Source of the DNA: Eledone cirrhosa
Lineage: Eukaryota
NCBI GenBank assembly: GCA_964016885.1
Contig: OZ024741.1
Location: forward strand, 61,504,001-61,568,000
DNA length: 64,000 nucleotides
Reading direction: 5' to 3'
A model generated the notes under the pieces. That model was not told the DNA's origin and did not search any database. It saw only the letters and a program-made list of their open reading frames with translations. Of this stretch, positions 1 to 13,536 are shown one piece after another. Within the stretch, counting starts at the first letter, position 1, and every line of letters begins with the position of its first letter. A program made the translations under genes and the position numbers.

Positions 1-270
1 CTGGGCTTCACAGAACCAGAAATAGTACAGCTAGTTAGTAAGTTACAAATACAGTCCTTTAATGAAACAGTAGAAATATGAAAAACATTTCAGAAATTCT
101 CCATGTAATAACTGCATATACACATATATAGACAAAGAAACATGCATACACATATAACTCAAAACATCCATGTCTACACACACATACAGATGTATTTACC
201 TAGTTGATGTCTAAATTCCAATGAAAGAGTCTTGTGTCTATGTTAAAAACTTACTCTCTCTGTATTGGTG
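1..270 (+). mobile_element. Degenerate 3' end of an RLE-type (R4/Dong-like) non-LTR retrotransposon plus 3' UTR
   Basis: Frame 1 reads LGFTEPEIVQLVSKLQIQSFNETVEI*KTFQKF, resembling the C-terminus of RLE LINEs; the downstream ctagttgatgtctaaattccaatgaaagagtc motif recurs at ~61118. Confidence 0.45.
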
Positions 271-274
271 AAAA

Positions 275-739
275 TATAAACTATAATAAAGTAAGGAGTG
301 CGAGACTGCATCCAGAATATATTTTTTTATCCCGTTTGTAAAATAAGTTGGATTACTTTGAATAAATAATGAATGAATATTACATAATTTATCTACTAAA
401 TTTCGTGGCTGTTTATTAAATATATTTTATTACTTATTTAAAGATTCACTTTTCAAATTTTCAGGTTAGCGATCACTTAAATAAACATACATATATTTCT
501 GTCACTAATTTTCTCCTAATACAGTTTATATATAATATCGTCTTTTTTAATGTATCATGGATTACGTTACTGATAACATAAGAGAGTGTAACAACGTCTT
601 CGTTCAATTTCTGTGTATATTGTCAATTACGATTTTATTTGATGTATCATATCTACATGTATATATACTTGCATATAATATCAATATACACACTACACAT
701 GCTAACAGAAAACCACCTGAAGGGTGGTTTTTCTGCTAG
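275..739 (+). mobile_element. Non-autonomous Helitron, family A
   Basis: Ends in hairpin cagaaaaccacc/ggtggtttttctg then CTAG|T; closely similar along its length to 23662-24132, which has a 5' A|TC. Confidence 0.85.
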
Positions 740-745
740 TTTATG

Positions 746-1124
746 TAATAATTGTTTCTACTTTAGGCACAAGGCCAGCATTTATCCCAGTACATTACTG
801 GTACTTTATTTTATCGACCCCGTAAGGATGAAAGGCAAAGTTAACCTCGGCGGGATTTCAACTCAGAACATAAAGGGGCGTAACTCTATGCTACAAAACA
901 TGGCATCCGACCCTCTACCGATACTGCCAATCCACCCACTGTTTCTACTTTTGGCACAAGGTCAGCAATTACCTCAGTGCATTACTGGTGCTTTATTTTA
1001 TCAACCTCGTAAGGATGAAAGGCAAAGTTAACCTGGTGGGATTTAAACTCAGAACGTAAAGGGCCATAACTCCTATTCTGCAAGACATGGTGTCTGACGC
1101 TCTACTGATACTGCCAAACCACCT
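746..1124 (-). mobile_element. Two tandem tRNA-derived Deu/Nin-domain SINEs
   Basis: Reverse complement of head (ggattggcagtatcggtagag...gagttgaaatcc), core ctttgcctttcatccttacggggtcgataaaataaagtaccag and tail ccttgtgcc...tagaaaca; two copies, ~746-938 and ~940-1124. Confidence 0.85.
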
Positions 1125-1675
1125 CTCTTTATATAATAAAACCAAAAGAACAAATGCACATATGTACATTCCTACATGCATGCATACATACATACACACA
1201 TACACACACACACTCACATACATAGATATATATATATACATACATTTGATGTTGAACTTAACACCTGATTATATGTCGTCAAAGGAGTAGTTTATTTTAT
1301 TCTTACATTCTAAAGATGAAAGACTATACTCCTCTTTTCAATGGTCTGGCTCTCTGCTCTCTGAATAAATAACACGCTTCACTGTTTTTCATAATACATC
1401 ATGACAAGACTGATGGAAAGCACACATACATGTGTGTGTGTGTGTCCTACCCATGCTAGCATGGAAGATGGACATTAAACAATGATGATGATGATATATA
1501 TATATATAGTAAGTATACATATGTACACACACACATATATATATACACACACAAACATACATATATGTACAAATAGGTTATATAAAATTCTTATTTTATA
1601 TATATATATATATATATCATCATCATCATCATTTAACGTCCATGTTCCACATATATATATATATATATACATAGC

Positions 1676-1723
<48 letters not shown>

Positions 1724-1818
1724 AAGGGAGAGAGAGAGAGCGAGAGAGAGAGAGAGAGAGAAAGTAGTTAGGGAAACATAAATACATATATATATATATA
1801 TATTACATCTGCTTTTCC

Positions 1819-1864
<46 letters not shown>

Positions 1865-1865
1865 G

Positions 1866-2360
1866 GCTTAAGACTTGCTGTCCATGGGAACATTTTTATG
1901 TGGATGATCTGGTTCTTTTAGCTGAATCCATAGAACTAGAGAATAAGTTCTGACTGTAGAAATAGAATTTACAATCAAAAGGGCAGAGGTTAAACTTAGA
2001 AAAAAAAAAGTGTTAGTAATTAGGAAAAAAGACAGGATGCTGATCCCATCAAGGAAATTGACCTGTTCAATATTCCAAAAAGGGGTTAGCAGCAACTCTA
2101 TACAATGTACACAACACAAATCTTGGGTACACAAGAGGTGTAGTGGGATTGCAAGCAGACTTACGGGAAAGAAGACTTTATATTTAATAGATGCACAGAG
2201 GCCATTGATAGCAAAAGCATCAGTGACATAAACCTTTTCTAAGCACATGAATGATCTATAGAATGGGTTGATAGCTTCTGCTACATATGTGATATAATTA
2301 GCAGTGGAGGAGGGCGCTCTAAAAGCATAGTAACTAGAATAAGGATAGGATGGAAGCAGA
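1866..2360 (+). mobile_element. Old RTE LINE fragment (RT to zinc-binding region)
   Basis: Frameshifted peptide incl. CSIFQKGVSSNSIQCTQHKSWVHKRCSG, homologous to the RTE ORF at 11242-12513. Confidence 0.8.
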
Positions 2361-2458
2361 AATATGGTCATGAAATTAATCACTAAGCCACAGATAAATG
2401 CAGGCACACATAAATACCCACATATAAACATACACACATGGGTATCATTATTATCATT

Positions 2459-2657
2459 ATTGGATTGGCAGTATCGGTAGAGGGTCGGGCGCCATGCTTT
2501 GATGCATAGAGTTACGGCCCTTGCCATTCTGAGTTCAAATCCCGCCGAGGTTAACTTTGCCTTTCATCCTTACGGGGTCGATAAAATAAAGTACCAGTAA
2601 TGCACTGGGTAATTGCTGGCCTTGTGCCAAAAGTAGAAACAATTATTATTATTATTG
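2459..2657 (+). mobile_element. Deu/Nin-domain SINE
   Basis: A/B-box-like head (gagttcaaatcc), Deu/Nin core, (ATT)n tail. Confidence 0.88.
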
Positions 2658-2658
2658 T

Positions 2659-2927
2659 AGATTGGAGTGGAAAGACTGGGAGAGGGCTCTTTTTCCTAGC
2701 AGACAGTGAGACCATGGCTTTTGTGGGATTTCTACATGAGTGACCCTTAGATTCTCCTCCACTGTGGGGAAGTTGTTATGTTTGTTTTAAATGTCTATTT
2801 TCTTAGTCTCTTTTATAAATTTTATTTTACACAAAGAAAAACCCACACTGTATCATCATGTATTGTCTTTAATGTTTCCTTAATGTAAACCCTGTGTGGC
2901 TAATAAAGAAATCATTATTGTTATTAT
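2659..2927 (+). mobile_element. 5'-truncated Tx1-type LINE 3' UTR
   Basis: Ends gtaaaccctgtgtggctaataaagaaatcattatt, matching the Tx1 3' ends near 46100 and 51290 (reverse strand); begins right after the SINE (ATT)n tail. Confidence 0.7.
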
Positions 2928-3724
2928 AAGTAGTTTGTCATGTTATCAAATGCTATAATTTGTTTATGCCACATTCCTTAGAACAAACGTCCTTAAATTC
3001 CTAAATTCCATCCAGGTTTTTCTTTTCATCAAAGTTAGGCATCTTGTAATAAAAACAGAATTTTCTGTCAGATATCTTCAAATAAATACAGCAGCTAACT
3101 TGTGGAATTTGATACCAAACTGCTTGAAACCACCCTTGGTCCTATGATATAGAGCTGTTTATTTCAACATGTTTATATCTAAAACCTTCCATTTGTATTT
3201 TATGTAGGAGCATTTAAGTAATCTTTCAAACACCAGCTCAATGTTTTTAAAGTTAGTTACATTACTAAATCTCTCCAAATTCAAAATTATATAAAATCAT
3301 GAGCTGTGCATTTCATTAGAAATATGTAAACAAAATGGTTAAATGGTATTTAATTAGTCAATTACTATAAAAGGGGTGCTTAGAGTATACATTGGTTTGG
3401 AGTTTAGAGAACCAAGGAGGAGGCTGTGAATACCTGATAAAATCCCAACTATGCCCACTAAACACACAAAATAAAAATAAGCACAGAGTTCCCTTTAAAG
3501 TTGAGAGACATCTGAAAGCAGTTGTATTCTTCTTTACCAAATTTATGTCAAAGGTCCTGCATGTAGCTGTTTCATATCTTTGTAGAAGAGATTGATTTAG
3601 ATGATTGGTGAACTCATACTTTTAACAAACCTCAACTTCAAACTCTGGTTTAGTAAAAGTTAATGTTCAACATTCCCTTTATAAGATGCATGGGTGTGTA
3701 GCCATGCAATCAGTGTATTGATGC

Positions 3725-4160
3725 AATTCACATCAAAATGTTTCCACACACATGAAAATGTTGTCAGTCAATAGCTTTGACATATTGCCATACACGTCAG
3801 AATGGAGTGTAGTAGCTTTGAAATATTGCCACACACATAAAATGTTGCTGTGCAGTAGCTTTGAAATGTTGCCACATGCATCAAAATAAAGTTGTGCACA
3901 TCAAAATGTTGTCGCACAACAGCTTTGGAATCTATTCAAGATACTCATTCTGTATAACAATTTTGTGTACTTTGATAAAAACTATATATAAGCACTATCG
4001 AGTATCCATTTTTTCTAAGTATATTTCTCTCCTTCAATTGGTATTCTCGCTGTACAACAATTTCAAGTACTTCATTTAAAATATAGTATACACACTATTG
4101 GGTATCCATTCTTCTCTAAGTATAAACATTTTTATTGTTATTCTCACTGTATAACAGTCT
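3725..4160. repeat. Degenerate tandem repeats (~41-bp unit, then ~100-bp unit)
   Basis: tagctttga(a/c)at(a/g)ttgcca recurs about every 41 bp (3772-3930); ctc..ctgta.aaca...cactat.g.gtatccatt recurs at ~3944, 4045 and 4143. Confidence 0.65.
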
Positions 4161-4316
4161 GGAAGGGTTGTAATTGTAGCAGTGGTTCTGTGGAAATAAA
4201 AGGGGTCTTTGGTAGTGAGAAGTTGGGGACCACTAGATTAGAACATTATGGCTCTGATAATTTAAAGAAAAATAAAAGATAAAAATAGAAGAAATAGAAG
4301 AAAAAGTGACTGTTAC

Positions 4317-4386
4317 CTGGATTGGAATTGCTCCACTTCCACACATTGGGTCACAGACAACATCTCCATCTTTAATTTTACAAAGT
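4317..4386 (-). CDS. THUMPD3: Internal coding exon of a THUMP domain-containing protein 3-like tRNA (guanine-N2) methyltransferase
   Basis: Minus strand tttgtttcAG|A CTT TGT...ATC CAG|GTaaca; 70 bp encoding (R)LCKIKDGDVVCDPMCGSGAIPIQ, a SAM-binding motif I matching THUMPD3 (DPMCGTGAIPIE) as I recall it; no other exon recognised. Confidence 0.85.
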
Positions 4387-4954
4387 CTGAAACAAATATT
4401 AAAATAAGAGATATTCACATACATCTAGACTGAAATATTTTTGATGTTAAAAAAATGAATTAAAACAATCAAATCTTTCTTTGTGTTAGTTTTGTGAGTT
4501 GTCCCTCTGTGTAGCTCCTTGAGCAAATGTCTTCTACTATATCTTTGGAGTGACTCATACTTTGTGAGTGGAATTTGGTAGATAGAAACTAGAGGAGGTT
4601 ATTGTGTGTATGTATGTGTTTATATCCCATAATTTTGCAGTTCAGAAAAAAGGGGGTTGATAAAATACATAACAGACTTTACAAATAACTTAATCCCTTC
4701 AAGGCCACACACACATACTTATTTATATGAAAATTGAGAAAATATCTGTAACATCAGTTGATCCTTATTAATAATAATTTACAGAATCAAGTAAAATATG
4801 CCAAGAAATGGCATACTTTTTTCCATCTCTCAGTGTATTTTACTTGATTTTTCTAAACATTATAGTGATTGACTGTTGATACCGTTATTTTCTGCATTTG
4901 GGATTTGCACATTTCCAAATTTCTAATCCCCTAAGCACTTTGATAATTCATATG

Positions 4955-4988
<34 letters not shown>

Positions 4989-5090
4989 CATAAAACTGTT
5001 TTTCTTTTCTAGTAGAGTTTGTAGTGAAATATTTCTATATATGGCCTTGATGCAGCTTATGGTCATGAACTACTTAACACATCACCTATA

Positions 5091-5490
5091 TCATCATCAT
5101 CATCGTTTTACGTCGATTCTTCCACGCTAGCATGGGTTAGATGGGTTGTCCTGTTGTGGGCAGTGTCCAGTCGGCTGACCTTGTCTTGCTCATACAGGAA
5201 CTGATTCTAGCTTGATTTCTACAGCTGAATGCCCTTCCTAACACCAACCTCATTTACAGTGAGTGCAGGGTGCTTTTTTCCATGGCGCCTACATGTCCAC
5301 TTTACAGTGTGGGCTGGGTGCCTTTTTGCCGTGGCACCTCCACGACCACTTTACAGTGGGGGTGGGGGGCATATTGTCTATATGCTTCAGCTTCGACTTG
5401 TACCCGTGGGAAGTCGGGTCTTCTGTATTACTGTATGACACCAGAGATCACAGTCGTGTGCAATTGGGTAAGGTAGGCTTTTATCACATA
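5091..5490 (-). mobile_element. RTE LINE 3' end / RTE-tailed non-autonomous element
   Basis: (CAT)n tail, cacgctagcatggg stem, gcccttcctaacaccaacc motif and 2-3 copies of the 48-bp unit; near-identical to 36194-36642. Confidence 0.75.
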
Positions 5491-6436
5491 TATATACACA
5501 TATATATATCTATATTAAAAGCGATTTTCCTCATAGGGTTGTTTTTGAGGTAAGGTTTTACAGGCAGGTGCCTCTTTTGGTGCCAACACTGTTAGTTGCC
5601 TCTTACAACAACGGATATGGTGTATTTATTCTAGACTGGATACACACAGCCGATAAATACATATATACACATACTTACTTTATAACTCTTTTACTTCTCT
5701 CGTAGTATTTGTAATAAAATAACTACATATGACCATGATACAGCTGTATTTGAAAGTATAATATATTCTTTTCTGATCAATAAGAAGAAACACTATCTGA
5801 TTTTGTATTTATTGTTCACAGGAGATTAGTCTTAGATAAGTAGTCTTATGTTTAAAATCTTGCAATACATCAGCTTATTTTGCAGGTGAAATTTTCTTAT
5901 TATCAGATCTTCCTTTTGTTTTTCTCTGTTCTAGTTCTTTACACAAGGGATGTAAACACACACACACACACACAATGTGTATGATCACCATCATCATCAT
6001 CATTTTTATGTTGACATTTCCATGCTGGCATGGGCTGGCATTTCAAAGCAATGTTTTACAGCTGGATACCATTCTTGTCACTAACCCTTTTAGACCCTTC
6101 TTATGACACACAGGGATATGGTATTCCTATTCTAATATGGATACACAGTTTTTTTTCTTTTATTGACTTGGACTTGAAGGAGGACTTGTGCCCATAGCCT
6201 TGAAAGGTCTTCTGAGATGTGTGAGATTGATGTAGGTGTTCTTGAAAATCCTGGAAATTAGTTGAAAACCATAGGCATGGATGATATTTGCAAGGGCAGA
6301 CATTCTAAGGAAGTACTGGAAGAAGTGCTTAGTGGGTGACAAGAGGAGTAAAGATGAACTAGCTTTCTACATATGATATAATGTAATATGATAGATAGTA
6401 AGATATAGTTATACGATATATGTGTGTTAGTGTATA

Positions 6437-7194
6437 CTAGTAGTGGTACCCGGCGTTGCACGGGATAAGGTATTTTAGAATGCGGGTCGCCAACAGACCT
6501 AATCGTGGAAAAACTGCATGCGTGGACAATATGTAAAGAAAATAAACTGAATACTCTGATGGCTGGATAATCTTTAATATTTTCCTCGATGAAGCAGGAA
6601 AAATGCAGATTTTCACTTAATGCGGGCCCTAGGGGATCAAGAAAATGAATTTGTTTTATGTGCATAATATGCCTTGAAATTTCGGGAAAATGGGCTCGAC
6701 GTAACGCCTCAAAAAAACCCTAAAAACCTGAAAAAACGCAGTTTTTCACCTAATGCAGGCCCTAGCGGATCAAAAAGTTGAATATTTTTATGTGCATAAC
6801 ACTCCCTGAAACATAAGTAATACACATGTAAAGTTTGAAAAAAGTTGGTTGGGTACTTCTCGAGGTTTAGGGATTCAAATTCACAGACACACACAGAGAC
6901 AACCTCAGGGAAGTGACATAATGCAGACAGCAGACAGATATTATACGGGTGCGACGTTATATATATGTATCTATCTAAAAAGAGAAAGACTAAGATTATA
7001 GAGAGAGATCGCTAAATCGCCAAATGCGGTCCCTAGGGCATTGAAAATTTGAAATTGTTTTTGCTCAGAACACTCCCTGAAACATAAGTATTACATGTGT
7101 GAAGTTTGAAAACAGTCGGTTGGGTGTTTCTCGAGTTTTAGGGATTCAAACTCACACACACACAGACAGACATCCTCAGTTTTATATATATAGA
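6437..7194 (-). mobile_element. Non-autonomous Helitron, family B
   Basis: Minus strand begins A|TCTATATATATAAAA (7194) and ends CCCGTGCAACGCCGGG hairpin + 8 nt + CTAG|T (6437); internal repeats at ~6617, 6751 and 7022. Confidence 0.88.
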
Positions 7195-7322
7195 TATATA
7201 TACATATAGTAGTAATATTTAGTAAAGATATCTAAGGGGTAGAACACTCAGTCCATGGGACGAGTTTTAATATATTATTACATTCCCAGAAAGCAAGAGA
7301 GAGATATGTACATATACACATA

Positions 7323-7570
7323 TCATCAGCATCATCATCGTTTAATGTCTGTTTTCCAAGCTAGCATGGGTTAGACGGGTTGTCCCATATGAGGCAAGTT
7401 AGGTCAGGTGACCGCGTCTTGCCCGTACAGAACTGTTTCTGGCTTGGTTTCTATGGCTGGATGCCCTTCCTAATGCTGGGTGCTTTTGTCGTGACACCTA
7501 CACAACCACTTTATAGTGTGGGCTGGGAGCTTTTTGTCATGACATCTACTCAAACACTTTACAGTGTGGG
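7323..7570 (-). mobile_element. RTE 3' end fragment
   Basis: (CAT)n, gctagcatggg stem, ggatgcccttcctaa motif, two 48-bp units. Confidence 0.7.
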
Positions 7571-7709
7571 TATATATATATCCATATATAGAAACAGTCC
7601 TATATGAACAAGACACGGTCACCCGACCCAACTTGACTCAAATGGGACAAACCTGTCTAACCCAAGCTACCGTGGAAGAAGAAGAATATATATATATATA
7701 CACACACAC

Positions 7710-7806
<97 letters not shown>

Positions 7807-8980
7807 TAACCTCACAAAAGAGATGACAAAGGAAAAGGTCAAATGGAAAAATACTGTGTTGGAGTGGACTTGTCCAGCCTATGACGCATTTTAAAAAATG
7901 GATGTTAAACTTATGAGTATATCTAACCATCTATCTATCTCTATATTTATATACATATTGTCTCTTTCAAATAAAATACTTGATTTTTCATTCCAATGTT
8001 CTCTCCTAAGATGGTTATATCTTACATACCAGGCTTATTGAATATATGGTAATGTGTTATCAAAAATTATTTTAGGATCACGTAACAACTGATGGAATCC
8101 TCATCTTTTGGTTGTTATAGGTAATAACAATTCATATATTACAGGTAATAACAATTCAATGGAATTAATTTACATATTACAGGTAATTACATTTCAATGG
8201 AATTAATTCAGAGTTATGATTGAAGAAGAAGAAAAAATATTAAATATATATAAAAAAAATATGAAATGAAAGGAGAAATATTTGGACAAAAATCATTAGA
8301 TTCTCATTTCATTCAATTTGATATGATTTAATGAGATAAAATGGAGAGCTAATGAGCCATAAGTAAATACAGAATTCTAATTGGCAGTATAACCAGCATT
8401 GTCCAATAACAATTTTAGAAAATTATTTCAGATTAAAAAGTTAGATTTTAAAGAAGGAAAATAAAAATATTTCCAAGAGACTGTAAATTTTTAGCATCTT
8501 TGATCTACACAACATCTTTTTAATTAGGAAAGAAAATAATAATTTCCGAAATGGTTCAATCAATGAAAAAGAGTAAAGAAGAAAGATAGGGAAAAATGAT
8601 ACTGTGATTAGTTGAATTGTCCATAATATTCAAAGTATTTGAAGAGAGAGCAATAGAATTAGCTGTTGAGGTAGCAAAGTAACCATTCCTTGTCAAAGAG
8701 CTACATTTTCTAGACAAGAAAAAGTGTAATATTAGAAACTAAATTAGAAGTGTGTATCCTTTTATGAATAGGTGTAACTGTGTGTTGTTAGAAGCAACTA
8801 AAAGTGTTGATACCAAGAAGGGTAACTGGCCATAAAACATTGCTTTAAAAACCTATGATGAGCATGCAGCCATGTAGGCCTCATGAAAAGTTTTGTGTTC
8901 ATCATGGGGAAGTATAACAACCTAAAAACATTTGCTGCTGATAAAAAATTCAAAGATGGACAATGAAGTGCATTTATTGG

Positions 8981-9295
8981 ACTTTGAGGTGCAGATATTG
9001 AGAGAGTTCCATAGTGGAGAGTGAAGTGTAAATATTGAACGAGTTCAATATAGACATTGATGTGTAGATGGTGTACAGTGAAATGCAGATATTGAGAGTG
9101 TAGATATTGTAGATATGAGGTGTAGATATTGGAAAAGTTTCCATGGTGGATAGTGAGGTGTAGATATTGGTTGAGTTCCATAGTAGACTTTGAGGTGCAG
9201 ATATTGAGAGAATTTCCATGGTGGAGGATAAGATAAAGATATTGGAAGGATTCCATGGTGGACAGTAAGGTGTAGATATTGAAAGAATTCAGTTA
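8981..9295. repeat. Minisatellite, ~37-bp unit
   Basis: About 8-9 degenerate copies of tgaggtg(t/c)agatattg...ttccat(g/a)gtgga. Confidence 0.8.
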
Positions 9296-9344
9296 TAGTA
9301 GCAAACAAATTTAAAACACACAAATATATATATAATTCCACTGT

Positions 9345-9610
9345 ACACATATATAGAAACATATACACACATACAAACAACCATAGACAAATACGTAAAA
9401 ACATACACACATACATACAACCATAAACAAATGCATAGAAACATATGCACATACATACAACCGTAAACTAATACGTAAAAACATACACACACATACATAC
9501 TGCCATAGACAAATACATAAAAAACAAACACACACACATACTGCCATAGGCAAATACATAAAAACACAAAACTGTAGACAAATATGTAGAAACACATACA
9601 ATTATAGACT
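9345..9610. repeat. Minisatellite, ~40-bp unit
   Basis: About 6-7 copies of aaacatacacacatacatacaaccatagacaaatac. Confidence 0.8.
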
Positions 9611-9834
9611 AGTATGATCAGTAATACTACATGATCAGTAATAGTAACAGTTACATACAGACATGATACTCTATATAAGTTATGGAAACAGCTGAGAACC
9701 ACCAATGACTTTTCACAATCTCAACCAACAGAGACAAACAGAATATACACTTTTTTAATATATAACAACACGTCTCAACAGCCACTTCACTATCATGATG
9801 ATGATAATAGTAATATACATATGTATATATTGGT

Positions 9835-10338
9835 GAGGGGGGTGACTTTGGACATCCTGCAGGACTAACAACAAAACCTGTCAAAGGACAAAGGTGCTCT
9901 TAAGAGTCAATGGCCATCCAAAATCACCGGGAGAGATGACCCCTTAGCCTTTGTCAAGGCAGAATTCTAGGAGAAGGAAAACTCTGATATAACACCTGCA
10001 GCCCTGATGGAATCCAATGATGTTGACTTGTTCTTCTTTTTGGTAAATATCATCTTGGTTAAGAGAGTGGGACTGGCTTTGTGCAGTGCCTTTGCTCACT
10101 ATAAAAGCTTCACGGCACAGGCATTGCTTTATATCTGGAGATCTCTCTGCACTTGTCGTCACATGGTACCATGGGCCCAGCACTATGTGTCAATAATTGT
10201 CACAAGTGTAATGTTTGTACCAGAGTTTTCAAGTCGCTGGCTGAACTAAAAAGTCACACTCATTCAGCGCATTGGTAGGGGTTCTCCTACACGGATATAA
10301 AGTAGTGGCCGTGCTCGAAAACGAGTTAGCAGCCACCA
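9835..10338 (+). mobile_element. Degenerate 3' end of an RTE-type LINE with a terminal C2H2 finger
   Basis: One frame ends CNVCTRVFKSLAELKSHTHSAHW*, followed by a short UTR into (AT)n. Confidence 0.55.
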
Positions 10339-10452
10339 TATATATATATATGTATATATATATATGTCAATTTTTATATATACATGTGTGTGTGTATATA
10401 TGTATATATATAATATTTGTAAATTGAACTTTAGCTGCAGTACAGCAATACG

Positions 10453-10485
<33 letters not shown>

Positions 10486-10727
10486 TATATTTATATATAT
10501 GAATATATATATATTACACACACATATATATAAATGAATATATATATATATATATATATTTATTAAAATAACAGATTAAAGTTTAAGCAAAGAATCGCTG
10601 CTCTCACCCTTAACGGGATCTTCTGAAGCTAATTATTATTACTATATATATATATTATATATTACACACATATATATATATATATATTATATATTACACA
10701 AATATATATATAAATGAATATATATAT

Positions 10728-11036
10728 ATCATCATCATCATCATCATCATTTTATGTCCGCTTTTCCCTGCTTGCAAGGGTGGGACGGGAACTGATTCTG
10801 GCTTGATTTCTACAGCTGGATGCCCTTCCTAACACCAACCTCATTTAGAGTGAGTGCTGGGTGCTTTTTTTGCCGTGGCACCTCCACGACCACTTGTCCC
10901 TATCATCTCATTTCTACAGCTGAGTAAACTGGAGCAATGTGAAATAAAGTGTCTTGCTCAGGGACACAACACATCACCCGGTCTGAGAATTGAACTCACA
11001 ACCTTTCGATTGCAAGGCCAATGCTCTAACCACTAA

Positions 11037-11041
<5 letters not shown>
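10728..11041 (-). mobile_element. tRNA-head / CORE-like / RTE-tail SINE
   Basis: Reverse complement of the copy at 51432-51777, with an internal deletion. Confidence 0.85.
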
Positions 11042-11129
<88 letters not shown>

Positions 11130-11241
11130 AATTGAAGACTAAAATCCAGAGAGGGCTCGATAAGGAAAATATATATCAAATATATAAGAACCGTAGAGCA
11201 CTGTTATTTTAATATATATATAAATGAATATATATATATAT

Positions 11242-12898
11242 ATGGAGAAGTACCTAGCTAAAAGTAAACCCCTATACTTAGCTTTTGCTGACTTGGAGAA
11301 AGCCTTTGACAGAGTACCCCGCTCGATTATCTGGTGGGCCCTTAGAAAACTAGGTGTTGATGAATGGCTTGTGAGAGCTATACAAGTCATGTATAAAGAA
11401 ACAGGCAGCAAGGTTAGAATTAACAACGAATATAGTGAAGATTTTAGCGTAAAAGTTGGTGTTCATCAGGGCTCCGTCCTTAGCCCCCTACTATTTAGTA
11501 TTGCCCTTCAGGCTATAACAGAGGAGTTCAAGACCGGCTGCCCATGGGAACTCCTATATGCAGATGATCTAACGCTCATAGCTGAATCAATGGCTGAACT
11601 AGAGACGAAATTCCAAACATGGAAGCATGGCCTAGAATCAAAAGGCCTTAAAGTTAACTTGTCTAAGACTAAAGTTCTAGTTTGTAGGAAGGAAAATAGG
11701 GCACCGGTCCCATCTAGGAAATGGCCATGCTCAGTGTGTAGGAAAGGAGTAGGTAGAAACTCCATTTTATGTCCCAAATGCAAAGTATGGGTGCATAAAA
11801 GATGTAGTGGGATCACAGGTAAGCTAACTAAGAATATAGATTTTATATGTGGGCGGTGCTCTGGTGCAATAAGTAGGAGCAAGTGCCCACAGAATACTAA
11901 CTCTTTCCATTGCACAGATGGTTCTATAGAAATAGTGGACAGCTTCCGTTACCTGGGTGATAAAATCAGAAGTGGGGGAGGGTGCTCTGAAAGTACAGTA
12001 GCTAGGGTCAGAACGGGATGGAAAAAGTTCAGAGAGCTTATACCACTATTGGCTGCTAAAGTGTTCTCTCTAAAAATGAAGGGCAGACTGTATGATGCCT
12101 GCATACGAACAGCAATGTTACATGGCAGTGAGACCTGGGCATTGTGTGCAGAGGATATACGCAGACTGGAGAGAAACGAAGCTTGCATGCTCCGCTGGAT
12201 GTGTAATAGTAATATACGTGAACGGCAAAGCATAAACGTACTAAGGGAGAAATTAGAAATAAGAGGGATCAGATGTTGTTTACTCGAGAGAAGACTGCGT
12301 TGGTATGGTCACGTGATGCGCATGAAAGACGACAGCTGTAAAAAAAAGTGCAGGGCGATAAAAATAGATGGTAGCCACGGAGTAGGCAGACCCAGAAAAA
12401 CCTGGGACGACTTGCTAAATTCCGACCTCACACATTTACACCTCTCCAAGACAATGTTACTGGACCAAGATCTTTGGCGATACACAGTAATACAGAAGAC
12501 CCGCCATACCTAAGTACAGAGCGAATCCTACAGTCAGTAGGCACCTCTAACAAAAATACACCCCGGCCCCACTACCCCCACCCCATCCACACCACCCCTT
12601 CCAATGTAAAGTTATGTTGGTACCACAGCATCCACTCCGAAACAAATGAGGGCGTGTATGTGTCACGACAAAAAAAATACACAGCTCACGCTGTAATGTG
12701 GCCGTGTAGGTAACACGGTAAAAACCTCCCAGTCCACACTGTAAACGTGGTTGGTGTTAGGAAGGGCATCCAGCCGTAAAAAACCCGCCAGACAGTCCTA
12801 TATGAGCAAGACAACCAATCTTGCCTCAAGTGGGAAAATTCCCGTCCAAACCCATGCTAGCATGGAAGTTGGACGTTAAACGATGATGATGATGATGA
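11242..12898 (+). mobile_element. 5'-truncated RTE LINE (RT, Cys/His-rich insert, C-terminus, 3' UTR)
   Basis: Open frame to 12513 with FADLEKAFD, GVHQGSVLSP, LLYADD and RRLRWYGHVMR; 3' ccatgctagcatgg palindrome and (GAT)n tail. Confidence 0.95.
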
Positions 12899-13096
12899 TA
12901 TAAATGAATATATATATATATATATATTATACATATATATATATGTATATAAATGAATATATATATATATATATATAAATGAATATATATATATAAATAA
13001 ATATATATATATATATAAATGAATATATATATATATATATAAATGAATATATATATATATATATATATAAATGAATATATATATATAAATGAATAT

Positions 13097-13502
13097 AACA
13101 GTACTAGGTACTAGTCCTGTAGAAGCTCCTTCTATAAAATAAAAAATTTTTACTCTGCCATGTATTGAGTACCTTACTTACTGTGGTTATCCCCGACTCA
13201 ACCCGGGACCTACGTATATATATATATATAACGAAGGAAATGTGGTAAGGAACCAGATGGACCATAACGCACCAAAGTACTCAATACTTAGGGTAGTAGA
13301 GTGGGTAATAGGAGCGATGAAATACCAATGATGGTTGGAAGATCACTGATGAAGGACTAACTTTATTCATATATATATATATATATATATATTGGAACGA
13401 GTAGGACCCCGACGGCTGAGCTCAAGCTGTTTCGATGGCTAATTCTGGACACAAATTAGCCATCGAAACGGCTTGAACTCAGCCGTCGGGGTCTTACTCA
13501 TT

Positions 13503-13536
<34 letters not shown>

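Noticed and set aside
3358-3540. Minus-strand ORF near the THUMPD3 exon
   Set aside because: No similarity to the expected next exon or to any family I recognise
13346-13352. CTGATGA as the missing hammerhead box for the GAAA at 13465
   Set aside because: Its flanks cannot form stem I or stem II with the downstream half; it lies in the antisense arm
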